Shown here: piece by piece, positions 48,001 to 59,972 of the stretch
How the letters are laid out: every line of letters begins with the position of its first letter
Position numbering within the stretch: position 1 is the first letter of the stretch
Assembly: GCA_032718475.1 (NCBI GenBank)
Contig: JAUCBJ010007889.1
Location: 1-62,520 of the forward strand
DNA length: 62,520 nt
Source: Nemertoderma westbladi
Lineage: Eukaryota > Animalia > Xenacoelomorpha
Reading direction: 5' to 3'
Translations under genes and position numbers: made by a program
The notes under the pieces: model-generated
What the model saw: only the letters and a program-made list of their open reading frames with translations
Told to the model about the DNA's origin: nothing
The model's database searches: none

Positions 48001-49045
48001 TGTGGCTGGCCACGAGAAAAGGGACCTTATGTCACCGGAGGTCGATTTTGAGTTATTAGGCCTATGAGATGCAGAATTTTCCAGATATTTTAACAAAAAA
48101 AACGGTGTCTCAATATCTATTTCTAAAAAAAAAGTTATAGCGATTTATGTGAAGGTGAATCGGGTAGCAAAAATTTTTTTATTAATAGCGGTTATAATAA
48201 GCGAATATTTAAAAAAATGGAAAATATTAATAATATCATAGCAATTCTTACTATATAGTTAGGCAGCTCAATGTTATTCGGCTTTTTATACAACTTTTAA
48301 CACTTTGAAACTATTAATATTTTTGCGGCATTTATTCTAAGTAATATATATTCGAGCAAATTCAAGACAATTAGCATAGCACAAATAGTAAGGGGTAATT
48401 TCTTTATATTTCTTAAATTTCTTTGTTCTTCGTCTCTATAAGGGAAAGACATCGACTTCACAAAGAGTAAGATATTCATGTTTTTTTGAAACTATTAATA
48501 TTGTTCATGAACTATTTTAAAAAAAAATTTTGCAAAATTTTCAAAAAAACATGTTTTTTTAACATGTTTTTTTAAACAAAAAATTTTTTTTTTATTTTAA
48601 AATTTTTTCAAAAAGATAAATTTTTTTAACAAAATTTAAAATTATTTGTATTTTGAATTCTTTAATGGGATTACAAAATTTAAGAACTAATGAAGATAAA
48701 TTAAGAAAATGACAGCCATATTGCATTTAAAAAACAATTGTAAGCCTACAGTACCTACATATTACAGAAGTACATACAATTACAATTTATTAGTACTAAA
48801 TTCAGACATGAAAACTCTAAGACAGTGTTATATATAACACTGCAACATCTTATATTGCTTCCTGTAATTAGTTATTTCCTAGGTATATTGAATATCAGAA
48901 CCAATTTGAATTTCCCTCATCATTTTATACATTTCTAAATTGATAATCCAATTAAATTTGTTCAAAAATAGAGGGAAACTTTAAACGCGATTATCTCAGA
49001 ATCAGGTTTTGCGACATAAGGTCCCTTTTCTCGTGGCCAGCCACA
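48001..49045. mobile_element. MITE with perfect 33-bp TIRs, TGT...ACA ends and TATA flanks (superfamily uncertain; Ginger-like end signature)
   Basis: TGTGGCTGGCCACGAGAAAAGGGACCTTATGTC at 48001-48033 and its reverse complement at 49013-49045; non-coding AT-rich interior. Confidence 0.88.
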
Positions 49046-49168
49046 TATATTTTAGGGGTAGGCCTACACAATTCAACAAATATAACAATTTAAATGTAAA
49101 ATGAAATATATATTAATAAGTGTTTTTTGTCGGATTCACCAGATACCAGAAGAGATCAGTTATTCTCA

Positions 49169-49174
49169 TTTATT
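49169..49174 (-). terminator. Candidate polyadenylation signal AATAAA for the 309-aa gene
   Basis: ~50 nt downstream of the stop codon on the minus strand; AT-rich context weakens the call. Confidence 0.4.
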
Positions 49175-49224
49175 ATAAATATAAATGGATCCTTCCACCT
49201 TAAAATGTAAATAGTTCGACAATA

Positions 49225-50154
49225 TTATCCATATCTCGTAATAACAAATGATTCCTGATTATTATTATCCAATTCTACAGATTTGTAGTGGTTAACCTTT
49301 ACTGTGAAAGGTCCATATTTACCAAACGCTTGGTAGAGCTTGACGTATTTACCTGGGGGTACGGTAGTTGATATTGTTAGTGTTGTTTCTTCTTTAAATG
49401 TCTCCGATGTGGCTGTTCCCCAAGTGTAGCCAGTAGTGCTGCTGACACTGGCAGTAAAGACGTCAGCAAAGTTAAAACCAGCTGTCAATGTGTCGGATAT
49501 ATTCTCCATATAGGTTTCGGTTTTCGACTTACTCAAGCCAATTGTCCGCGAAAATGACATAGTGCCTAAACCAGAGGAACCCGTGTTATCATACGAACTA
49601 ATTAACTGCCAGTAGTCAAAGGTAGACCAATTACCTGTCTTCCATCCGCGTAGTTGCTCATCACTACCAATAGCATCTGCAAAAGCGGTCACATGACTTT
49701 CAACATGCCCTGTAAAATAGGTACCAAAGGCGTTACTTTTTATCGCAATGCGATCTTCATTGTCATTAATTTTGATGATAAATTTTTCCCAACTTCCTAT
49801 AGAAAGTCTATCAGCTCTGATCTGCCCATCCAACTGTCTGGATATGTATAAGTTCTTCCAAGTCATCAGTGCTATGGTACCATCCTCCATAAAAATCGGC
49901 TGGAATAAATTCATTGGTTGAAGTTGTGGAGGAGCCTGAACTATGCCTATGTTGCCATTAGCCTTTATCATCCAGTCATAGTTAGATATCATTACTATGT
50001 ATTTACTTCCAAGTACAATGCCAGATCCATCGCCTTCTGTGCCTCCTAGATTATATCTCCACAACTGTTCTCGCTTAGTGACTTGCTTCCACTCACTTAT
50101 TACACCATCTAATAGCGCAAATGTAAATAATAAAGATAGAGCAAAACGAAACAT
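49225..50154 (-). CDS. Secreted protein: signal peptide + fascin-like beta-trefoil + aerolysin-superfamily beta-pore-forming-like domain
   Basis: Hydrophobic N-terminus MFRFALSLLFTFALLDGVIS. Fascin-type repeats DGTIALMTWKNLYIS...QIRADRLSIGSWEKF and DRIAIKSNAFGTYFT...AFADAIGSDEQL. Ser/Thr-rich alternating beta strands with a hairpin (ISDTLTAGFNFADVFTASVSSTTGYTW) ending in TVPPGKYVKLYQ. Intact and intronless. Confidence 0.8.
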   Translation of the reverse strand: MFRFALSLLFTFALLDGVISEWKQVTKREQLWRYNLGGTEGDGSGIVLGSKYIVMISNYDWMIKANGNIGIVQAPPQLQPMNLFQPIFMEDGTIALMTWKNLYISRQLDGQIRADRLSIGSWEKFIIKINDNEDRIAIKSNAFGTYFTGHVESHVTAFADAIGSDEQLRGWKTGNWSTFDYWQLISSYDNTGSSGLGTMSFSRTIGLSKSKTETYMENISDTLTAGFNFADVFTASVSSTTGYTWGTATSETFKEETTLTISTTVPPGKYVKLYQAFGKYGPFTVKVNHYKSVELDNNNQESFVITRYG

Positions 50155-50273
50155 ATTGTTATCACAGTAGGGTTTTACGTTTTTCCAAACAATTAAGCTA
50201 ACTATAGAAATTTAAACTGTCAAATTAAAGAAGGAAGTTCTTTCGAGTCACAGTGGAACGTGTATACCTACTA

Positions 50274-50281
50274 CTTTTATA
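50274..50281 (-). promoter_or_regulatory. Candidate TATA box (TATAAAAG) for the 309-aa gene
   Basis: Consensus TATAAAAG ~120 nt upstream of the ATG on the minus strand. Confidence 0.45.
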
Positions 50282-51280
50282 CGGGGGTGAGACCTGGACA
50301 CTGATGAAATCACTTGAACACGTTCGTGGGGCCATCGCGCAGGACGAGGCTCAGTTATCAGATACAGATTAAAATTGAGCGACTGTATCACAAAATCAGG
50401 TTTTGAGAAATTTACCCACACCACCAATCAATCAAAGAAAGGGGGGCGTGTTCACCCCTTTTAATCTGCACCCCCCCCCCCCCCCCACCCTTCCCACCCA
50501 CTACTAATTTATAACTACCGATGCCTTCAACGCAGTAGACAGTACTCGTCTTCATTATTATAAACGTCGTTGTGCTCGTCCTGTTTTGTATTTAAACATA
50601 TTTCATAAACGCAGACTGACGGACGATCTTTATAACTACCGATGCCTTCAATAGGCGAAGCCAGGTATGGTTTATAGGAATATAGTCTACTACGCAGTAC
50701 TGATCTTCATTATATGCCTCGTTGCGCTCGTCGGTCGTTCTGTTTTGCATTAAAATATTTTTCCTAATCAAGACTGACGATCTTTATACAGTTATAACTA
50801 TGCGAAGTTTCGAAACTGTGCGAGTAACTGCTGATACATCTATGTGGAGATGTGTGATACAACGCCAACGCATCGTATGCCGATGTAGTAATATAGGTAT
50901 TGAAATAATATTAAAATCAATGTACACTCTTAAAGCTCCAGCGAAAATATGTAGTTAATTTCCTAGGTTACATATAAAATAATAATATTATTTTTAAGAA
51001 CATTAATTTTACTACTTTGCAAAAATTCAATTAAAAAATAACCAGACAAATATATTGCGGAATAAACTATTTCAGATATAAGCCTACAACAGCCATGAGT
51101 ATTTATGTCATTATATCTTCTGTCACCTGAGATAGTAAGTAATACAACATTTATAGTATAGAGTCAATAGGAATTGAAAAACAGGCAGTTTGGTTGGAGT
51201 TATGTCTGTGTTGCTATAGCAATACTACTGGCTGCCTATTACAGTACAATTCCCCTCTGCCCTGGTAAGGCTACACAAAC

Positions 51281-52519
51281 GGTGTTCGGACACTTCCCCC
51301 CGGACACTTCCCCCCCGGACAGTTCCCCCCCGCTCAAGTAGGACACTTCCCCCCCGGACACTTCCCCCCCAGACACTTCCCCCCCGCGGACACTTCCCCC
51401 CCGCGGACACTTCCCCCCCGCGGACACTTCCCCCCCGACTGATGATCTTAACTTCGCACATTCGTATTTTTCATTTTGTAAGGTAAACGGACCGTTTGTA
51501 TCCAGATAAGTTGTATCCAATTTTCCTTTCGTAGCTCAGAAAGTGATCTTTTGCATCCCGATTTTACATTTTATATCCAAGATTTATTTATGGGTTTTAT
51601 CAATGCAATTACATCGTATTGTTTGCTAATCTTTAAACAATTAATTATATTAGATGACCTATAAATTCCATCCCCGGAATGATGATATACTGCTTTTATT
51701 AACAATAGAATTATAATAATTAATTGTTTTAAATATAGGTATTATTACGTAATAGACTTCTTCAAATTGTAGCAGATGGGGATGAATATTATTGTTGCAA
51801 TCAAAATTATACCTATCCAGGGTAAAATCGACATGCGTCGACCTGTATTCTGTGTTCAGTATTACATATTGATATACATATTACTACTATACATACTATA
51901 TAGATATTATACACACTACATATTAAATTTCCTGGTTACTTGCAATATTTTTAATAGGATTTTGTTGAATTATATAATATTGTAGTAATTTATATATTAA
52001 ATTGGTTAACATTCAATACAGCTCCTACTTTAGGCTTAGTCAATTTATTATCTGATGATACAAACATGAATTAATTATTTCAAAGTGGTCTTAAGTCTTT
52101 CACCACGGGCACTCAGGGAAATGCCGGGGTCTGGGGGCGATAACCCCCAAGAAAAGAAGCGGGGGTTTGGGGGCGGCAGCCCCCAAGAAAAGAAGCGGGG
52201 GTTTGGGGGCGGTAGCCCCCAACAAAAGAAGCGGGGGTTTGGGGGCGGCAGCCCCCAATTAAAAGAAATTAAAAGAATTAAAGGAGTTAAAAGAAAAACA
52301 AACAAAATTTGACTATAAAAATGTTTCTTTTATAATTTTGAAAAAACTTGTCTGATACAACTTGTCCTGTAACCAGATTAATTTTAACACTTTAACTGGG
52401 GGGGGGGGGGGGGGGAGTGTCCGGGGGGCAAGTGTCCGGGGGGGAAGTGTCCTACTTGGGCGGGGGGGGAAGTGTCCGGGGGGGGGGGGAAGTGTCCGGG
52501 GGGGAAGTGTCCTAGATCC
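51281..52519. mobile_element. Mutator (MULE)-type MITE with 9-bp TSD TACACAAAC
   Basis: TSD at 51272-51280 and 52520-52528. Ends are built from GGACACTTCCCCC arrays on the left and GGGGGAAGTGTCC arrays on the right. Confidence 0.85.
52126..52257. repeat. 36-bp G-rich hairpin repeat (~3.5 copies) inside the MULE MITE
   Basis: GAAAAGAAGCGGGGGTTTGGGGGCGGCAGCCCCCAA in tandem. Confidence 0.85.
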
Positions 52520-52789
52520 TACACAAACATCTCCCAGCCAGCTAGCAGCTTTACACCCCCGCAGAGACTATGTTCACCAATAATGGGAAGGATTAAATTT
52601 GTACTCAATAATTGTGCTGCTTTAATTACGTTTAGATCAATTAAAGACACATTTATTAACGCAAATCACTTGAACTAATTAAAAACTATAATGGAATGTT
52701 GTATGGGGATTACAGCTGTATAACTTTTAAGTATAATTATTTAAATCTTATACTAGAAAATAACTAATATCCTTTAAGGAGGCAGGTTG

Positions 52790-53149
52790 AAATAGATGTT
52801 GTTACCCTAATCAACTTAATTAACTAATTAACTGCTATTTTCTTAGCTTCTCGAAGGCCACGCGAAAATTCAACTTGGAAAATTTCTAAACTTTTGCCAG
52901 ACTATATGTGTACCAAGTTTGGTTAAATTTCATTAACATTTGGCTGAGTTATTAACGTTTAAAATTGGACACGACAGAACGACAGATCAACAGAACAACA
53001 GACACACCGATTGAGTTAGTGGTACCTGTATGCTAAGCTCGCTTACTTTCGTCGCTCGCCCCACAACAGATCGACAGAACAACAGACACACCGATTGAGT
53101 TAGTGGTACCTGTATGCTAAGCTCGCTTACTTTCGTCGCTCGCCCCACA
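52790..53149 (+). mobile_element. Possible Helentron/DINE-like non-autonomous element remnant with a duplicated ~83-bp 3' end
   Basis: TGTGTACCAAGTTTGGT core, then ACAG-type simple repeats and a terminal GCTCGC...CGCTCGC motif; the terminal segment is present twice. Confidence 0.35.
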
Positions 53150-53196
53150 ATGAATTGATGGTTGCTACACAAGACTACTAAACTACTAAACTACTA

Positions 53197-53505
53197 AAGG
53201 CAGCCCTAAACATCAGCTGGAGACAACACATGACAAAGGCCGAGCTTTATGGTACAATACCACCTGTATCAACCACCATGCGTGAACGCAGATTAAGATT
53301 CAGTGGGCACTGCTGGAAAAGTATAGACGAGGTCATACCAGATCTACTTTTCTGGTAACCAACACATGGAAAGCATAGCCGTGGATGACCGGCTATAACA
53401 ATAACATATTATGTATATAGATCAACTTGAAAGGGATACTGAACTTGGGAGAAACGAAATTACGACAACTATGGAAAATCGGGAAGCCTGGAAGGATCTC
53501 ATTTC
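53197..53505 (+). mobile_element. RTE-clade LINE 3' fragment (decayed)
   Basis: Translates as AALNISWRQHMTKAELYGTIPPVSTTMRERRLRFSGHCW...LLFW*PTHGKHSRG*PA...YIDQLERDT...MENREAW. Confidence 0.8.
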
Positions 53506-53655
53506 CACACTATATTGTAATGGCACTACTATTATTCGAATCGATCTGTAACAAATACTGTTAATATGGGCAAAGAAATGATCTATGTAGAAAAGCTAGT
53601 GTGATAATAAGTTCAGTTGTAGGGCCATTCTCTCACCAATACCAAATATCGCAAG

Positions 53656-55996
53656 ATGGCCGCCCATGAGTAGACTAGCATTCCGAGGACAGGGATAGAC
53701 GCCACCAGGAAGTTGTTAAAGGACGCTAGAGAGGGAGGAAAGGTAGACCAGCCCAAGTTGTACCGGAGGCTAGGTGAGTGCAACAAACACTTTCACTACC
53801 TAGTCCGATTTGGGCAGGGGGAACTGGCAATTAAGATGGCGAGGGGGGTCGCCACAGAACTGTTCGAATTGGGGCGATCAGAGGTGGTGGCGGCTAGTGT
53901 GGTGAACGTAGGGCTCTATCTAGTAGATGAGAGGGGGATTAAGTTAGTGGGATGGGCGGATCCGCACGACACCGAACCCGAGGTTAACCCCGAAGAGTCG
54001 GTGTCGTCAGTTAGTAGGAATGCTAGTAAGCATAGCAAAATCAGTAGGACAAACAGGCGACGGGAGTCCGTCGCAACCGAAAAGTCCGCTACATCCTCCG
54101 CGAAAGTGAGAAGGGTGCTAGAGATAGATCTGGCGTGTCAGCTAGACATAGTCGCGCTAGACCAAAAGGAACTAGAGAGACAGCTGGATGAGGGGACTGC
54201 GTTGCTAGAAAGGGAAATGGAACTAGCGAGAGAGTGTAAAGAGAGGGCCGGGAGAGTGGCGAGAAACTATAGAGAATGGGAGGAGAGAGAAAAGCTAAGC
54301 GTAAAGAACAGGAGGAATGGGAGGCGAATGAGCGCAGAGAGCGAGAGGCGAGGGAGGCAGAGTTAGCTAATCAAAGTGTAAGGGAGGATAAGGAGAGAGA
54401 GGGCGGGTAAACGTATGAGGGATGATATGCAACCCGGTTGAGGGTGTTAATGCATAATCAGGCGAAGCAGAAACGCCGATTAGAACTGGCAAAACTGGGT
54501 TTATCAGAGAGTGAGGCTGGTTCGGGAGGTATTTATGAGGAACCAGGGGTGATGGAAACCTTTGTTAATACCCCACTTACAAGTACCGGATGACAGACCC
54601 AGAACTGGTGTGACTGGATGGACAGGGGGGGGGCTATAATAAAGTAATAAATCAACAGGGTGAGGCTAGTGGCGATATAATTAATACAAACGTTGGGGAA
54701 ACAGGTAATTCGCCTAGAGGGGGCCTACAATTGCGCAGGGAGGAATGCGGGCAAATGTACCCAGGGAGAATAGAACTAACGTGTCGACTGGAGGAGAACA
54801 TGGGAATGGGGGGCGAAGTGAGAAGTGATGAGTGATGGGGGGGGGGGGGGGGGGATGGGCAGAACCCTTTCCACAGATGTCGAATGAAGATTGAGATCGA
54901 GCAGTACCGGTACCTGGACGTCATCGACTTCTCCGTACCGGAACTGGATGTCCCAAAAGTGTCTCTCATAGTCAGCATGGACTGTCCGACGGCCCATGAG
55001 AGACTACAGACCCTTCTTCGGCGAGGATAGGGAGCGAGACCCGGTGGCCATTCTCACGCCATTCGGATGGACGCTCAGTGACCCAATAAAGATGAGGATC
55101 CCGTTTAGCGTGTCCGAATCCTCAGGATGCATGCTGTCTAGTACCATTGAGGACATAGAGAAGAAGTCAAGGATGGGCGATGGGGAGGTCTAAATGAGAG
55201 GCGGCCCGGGGAAGGATACCAGGAGTCGGGGGCAGGTATGGATCTGGATCCACGTACAGTGGAAAGTGTGGAGGATGAGTCCAGAGAAATACCATCGATA
55301 GAGGAGACAGGACGAGAAATAACAGCAATGGAGTGGGTGGAGGAGAATGGGTTCAACCCAGAAGACCTAGAGGCGATGGGATGGAATATAGATGTTCCTG
55401 GCGAGTATCGGTATGAGGATGGAGAAGAGTGGATGGCGAGATATCCAGAGAGATGTCCGGAAGAGACGCCGGTCCAATTAAGAAGCATACCGATAAAGAT
55501 GAGGTCGAATAAGAAGACAAGGTGGAAAGGGAGAGGATTTAAGAAGGTTAATCCAAAGGGAGAGGAGCCGATCATGAAGGGTAATGGAGATAGGAAAGTT
55601 AGAGGTGAGGTGTTGCACACGGGCCTGGCAGAGTGCGAGGGGGCATTAAATGGTAAGCCATTATGCATACCGAAGGATGACCAAGGGCCATTGGGGGTTT
55701 TAACGCCAGCGCACATATTGAGGGGGAGGCCAGCAGATTTGGCATGTACCAATGAGGATGACATGAAGGGCGGCATTCTACCGCCAAGTGACGACAAGAT
55801 GAATGGTGGCATTTTGCTGCCAGGGGACGATGAGGAGTTCTGTGAGGAGATGGAAAGATCCGATCTTAGGGTGGAGGAGAAGGGGAAGTCAGATCCAAGA
55901 GATTTGGAATCGACAAGGAGAGTGGGGTGGAGAATAAGAGGAACTACAGGGGGGCAGTGGGAGAGTTGCCTGCTGGAAGAATCGCCCCTAGGTTGA
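53656..55996 (+). mobile_element. Internally deleted BEL/Pao LTR-retrotransposon remnant (gag N-terminus, protease-region piece, integrase C-terminal piece; no RT/RNase H seen)
   Basis: Gag-like PEESVSSVS + Ser-rich + coiled coil (53713-54366, ATG at 53656 with an early stop). YRYLDVIDF...VSLIVSMDCP.AH...DPVAILTPFGWTLS (54884-55090). VLHTGLAECEGALNGKPL...LTPAHILRGRP (55600-55735). LTRs not identified. Confidence 0.75.
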
Positions 55997-56089
55997 TGAG
56001 TCGTCCAATAAGTTGGACTGAGGGGGGTGGGAATGAGGGCGATACACCCTTCCCACAAAAATAAAATAAATAAATGAAATAAATAAATA

Positions 56090-56660
56090 AATAGTGAAAC
56101 ACTAGTACCAAGGTACACTGTAGGTAGACATTATGTATGTCTGATAGGTACGGATGTACCAACATACATAATACATAGGTGTAGGTAGTTACAATTATGT
56201 ACGTCGGACGGGTACAAATGTACCAACGTACCTAATTTACATACGCACTATTGTGGGCACTGAGGGCGCCATGTTAGCAGTTGAAGGGGGGGGGGGGGGG
56301 TATGAACGCATACCATAGTAGAGGGGTACATTGTGCCATAAATACGAAATATGTACTATTGTGGGCACTGAGGGCACCACGTGAGGAGTTGAGGGGGGTA
56401 TGTACGCATACTGTAGTAGAAGGGTACACAGTACCATAGTGAGGATTAGGAGGGGTATATATTGTGTACGTGTGGGTGTACATTGTGTGCCCCTGATGGG
56501 CACAATGTGCCAACGTATGTAATAAATACCAACACAAGCCAGGTCAATGGGACCAATAACACGTAATACGTACTATTGTGGCCACTATTGAGGGCGTCAC
56601 GTGAGGAGTCGAGGGGGGCATGTAGGCGTAGTAGAATAGACCGTGTAGGCCACACAAATT
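56090..56660. repeat. Diverged tandem repeats in the spacer between the BEL remnant and the exonuclease ORF
   Basis: Recurrent ACTATTGTGGGCACTGAGGGC..CACGTGAGGAGT.GAGGGGGG and ATGTACCAAC.TAC.TAAT units. Confidence 0.6.
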
Positions 56661-57986
56661 AGACTACTGTAGCGCATAGCCCATAGTACAGACTTAGGGT
56701 ATTGTTACAGAGCCAGGAAAGTGTCTGGTAGGAAGCTAGTACGACAATAAGAAAACTGTAGCTAGTCTTCTCTGTATACAAGTAGGAACGGATTACTTAC
56801 ATAGTAATTTAGTAGTAGATAGAGTAATAGCACATCACTGAAGAATTAAGAAAAAATTGACACATAAGGGGAATATTTGTACAAAACGTAGTAAAAGGAA
56901 CAGATAGGGAGTAGGCCATCGCTGATCCGAACTAATAAGATTCTATTTAGTAACCCTCTTACCTAACTGAGCCTTTCTAAGGCCCCACCAGTTCTGTGAG
57001 AGTGATTAGATTCGTGATGGCGGAGAAACTAGTGAAGAAGAGGAAATCGGAGAAGAGTAAAAAGGAGTTGCTAGTGGATTTCATGCAGAGGCATCCGGAG
57101 AACAAGACGAAGGGATACTACAAATCACTCCCGAAGGGTCACAAAGTCTACAGGATCAGATTAGGGAGATGCACGAGCAATGACTGGTCGGGACCTACGG
57201 GACGATGGACAATGCGATCGATGAGCATCTTTGCTACATTGTAAAGGGGGACGATGATAGGTTCAGGATACCAAAGTACCCGAGGGAACCACCGAGGAAA
57301 GAGTGGAGGAGATTTGTAGATTCCGTGGAGAGGGGCAGATACATGGTCCTAGACAACGAAGGGACTGTGGAGGATGACGAGGGCTCGAGAAGGGGGTAGG
57401 GGGATCGGCTAGAACCATATTGCTGCACTTAGCAGCAGCGAACGGAGATATCTTTCTATTCGACCTAGGGACCTATGGAAAGAAGAGCGGGCCGAAGTTA
57501 AACTGGTTCCTGAACGCGGTGCAGGAGCTAGTAAGACTGAAGACTACAGTCAAGGTGGGATTGGCGATACGCGGTGACACGGACAGAATTATTGGACCGG
57601 GTACCCCAAATCTTCTGGACATGCAGGTAGTCTACATGGCTTTGACGAAACCAGAGGGATTGGGATTGGTGGACAACACTGGACATTACGGATCAAGTGG
57701 CGATGGGCCAACTGATGGGACTCATCTGCCACAAGCCGATGGAATGGAACAAGTTCCGGGATGAATAAGGAGCGGAACTTGCGAACTCACTCAAGTGGGG
57801 AACGAGACTGTGGAAGGATGAGCTATATCACTTCCGGAAGGGAGCGATAAAGATATATCAGAAGAGATATATCCTTCAACCTATAATGATAGGTTTACTA
57901 AACCTATTCATTACGGTAACTATCGGGAGGAAGCCGAAGGCGTTTCTACTATCGGGATCACCTCTGAACCACAGGAGAGCCTTTAA

Positions 57987-59521
57987 CCCTATTAAACCCA
58001 GGGGGGGGGGGGGGGGGTCAATATGACCCTTCGTGGTTTTGTTATTATAATTCTGAAACAAACGCAGTTGGGAATCTGAAATTTTATGACTTTTCCTAAA
58101 AATCTATTGTCTTCCTAGTAGTGAAAACCGTTTTCAAAAATATTGGGTAGTTTTTGAGTTATAGCACCATTTTTTAACCCTACTTTTGGCACTTTTTTTG
58201 AGACGTTTTTTGAAAATTAGATTTCATTAAATATTAATTGTAACATCTCTATTTTTGATTTATTCCGGTTTTTTGGTGTTAGCAATTGGATGGAATTCAT
58301 ATAAATTGATTTAGAAATTTCAAACTTGTTTTTTTCGGCGGGTGACAAATTTTGGTGCCAGCACCAAATTTTGAAATATGTCAATTTTGTAAATTGATTG
58401 TTTAAAACTTGTTTTTTACGCAATTGGGGTTTTTTGGGGTTCTGGTTTCGATGAAATATATACGAGTTGCACCAAGCGTATAAAACTTGTATTTTTCGGT
58501 GCTGTATGCAAATTTTGTTGCTAGCACGAAATTTTGAAAATCCATTCAATAGATAAAATTGCTTGTGACAATTTATTTCTTGCATTTTAGAGGTTTATGG
58601 CTGTTCTGAATTCAATGGAATATATAATTATCGAACTAGACATCTCAAACTTGTATTTTTCGGAAGTGGGTGCAAAAGTGGTGCTAGCACCAAATTTTGA
58701 AAACCATCAAATATATCAATTGATTGTGTCATCTTGTTTCTTGCGTTATACGGGTTTGTTAGGGTTCTGAATTCAATGGTATCAGTAAAATTTTCATAAG
58801 AGTTTTCAAACTTGTATTTTTCGCCGGCACCAAATTTTGGAAAATGAGTAAATTGATCAGTAGATAGTATCATCTTGTTTCTTGCGTTATACGGGTTTAT
58901 GAGGGTCCTGAATTCGATGGAATCAATAAAAACAGCACTGGACATCGCAAACTTGTACTTTTTGGTGATGGGTACGAAATTTGGTGCTAGCACCAAAATT
59001 TGCCAAATTACGCCGAAAAATACAAGTAGCAAAGATCTGGCATATTTGAAATGAAATGTATTCCATTAGAATAAGCGCCCTAGAAAACCTGAAAATGTTA
59101 ATTTATAGTATAATTTCGTATATCGTATAAGTGAATAAAAAATTTTGTGGTCTAATTGAAAAGTGCTGGCTACTTGTTTTTTTCATTTTTTTCCTACGCA
59201 TAGAGGACTAAACAGCCATTTGTGGTAATCATATCATATTTAAATATTTTCCAATGTATTTTGCGCCCCAGAAAACCTGTATTGAAAAACAATTAGCCGT
59301 AAAATGTAACTTTCAAATTTTGTGAAAATTGTGCACTAATTGTAATTTTGGTGCTGCAATATTACCACCCCAGTACATTTTTTCGAAAATTTTTTTTCGG
59401 TCGGATCCAGACAAAAAATCAGTCGTTTTCGTTAATATTTGTAGATTTTAGAGGGAAGGGTCAATATGACCCCCCCCCCCCCGGTATTTGTACAGCATTT
59501 TATAGCCCGGTACTAACAGGG
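57987..59521. mobile_element. piggyBac-type non-autonomous element with TTAA TSD
   Basis: TTAA (57983-57986) CCCT...AGGG TTAA (59522-59525); imperfect TIRs; subterminal palindrome GGGTCAATATGACCC at both ends; internal repeated GCACCAAATTTT motifs. Removal restores the host reading frame. Confidence 0.88.
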
Positions 59522-59702
59522 TTAAGGTGGCCCTAGAATATTTTGTAGACCACCCGGGGCTAAAGGGCGAGTCGGTATATTACAATACCCGACACCTGGT
59601 GGACAGAGAGGTAGACACACCGTACAAGCGATGGAAGAAACAGGAGGCGGATAGGGTTGAGGAGAGGAGACTAGAGGAGGTCACCAGGAGAGAGAGAAGA
59701 GG

Positions 59703-59972
59703 ACTCCCATAGAGGAGTACTGGAACTACTGCTGCTCTAAATAATCGGACCTTAAGTTTTCGATTAATTCTCGGTGACTTCCAAATCCTGGAAAGCCTAT
59801 TCAAGGCTGCCCATGCCTTTCCCTTACGTATTCGAAGGTCCTCACCTGATTTCTGGATCCATGATCCCAGGTAACAGAAGTCATCCACATGCTCAAGCAT
59901 ACCATCTTTTGAGCTTATGTTCATCCGATCAGAGACTTGCTGAGGACTTTCAAAGTTAACTGTCAAAATTTT
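59703..59972 (-). mobile_element. Internal RTE-clade LINE fragment inserted antisense into the exonuclease ORF (boundaries approximate)
   Basis: LEHVDDFCYLGSWI...DLRIRKGKAWAALNRLSRIWKS..INRKLKVRLFRAAVVPVLLYGS, the region just downstream of the RT core in RTE LINEs. Confidence 0.85.

Noticed and set aside
51225-52678. Gly-rich short ORFs (GGSVRGG, KKRGFGGGSPQ)
   Set aside because: Translations of the MITE terminal arrays and the internal 36-bp repeat.
55138-56118. 326-aa minus-strand ORF
   Set aside because: Antisense shadow of the purine-rich BEL-derived frame; Ser/Pro/Leu-rich with no motifs.
56370-56620. CACGTGAGGAGT similarity to the large minisatellite as evidence of its origin
   Set aside because: Only ~12 nt match with an indel; flanks unrelated; plausible by chance.
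58217-59032. ORFs inside the TTAA element as a transposase
   Set aside because: Short, derived from internal repeats, no DDD transposase motifs.
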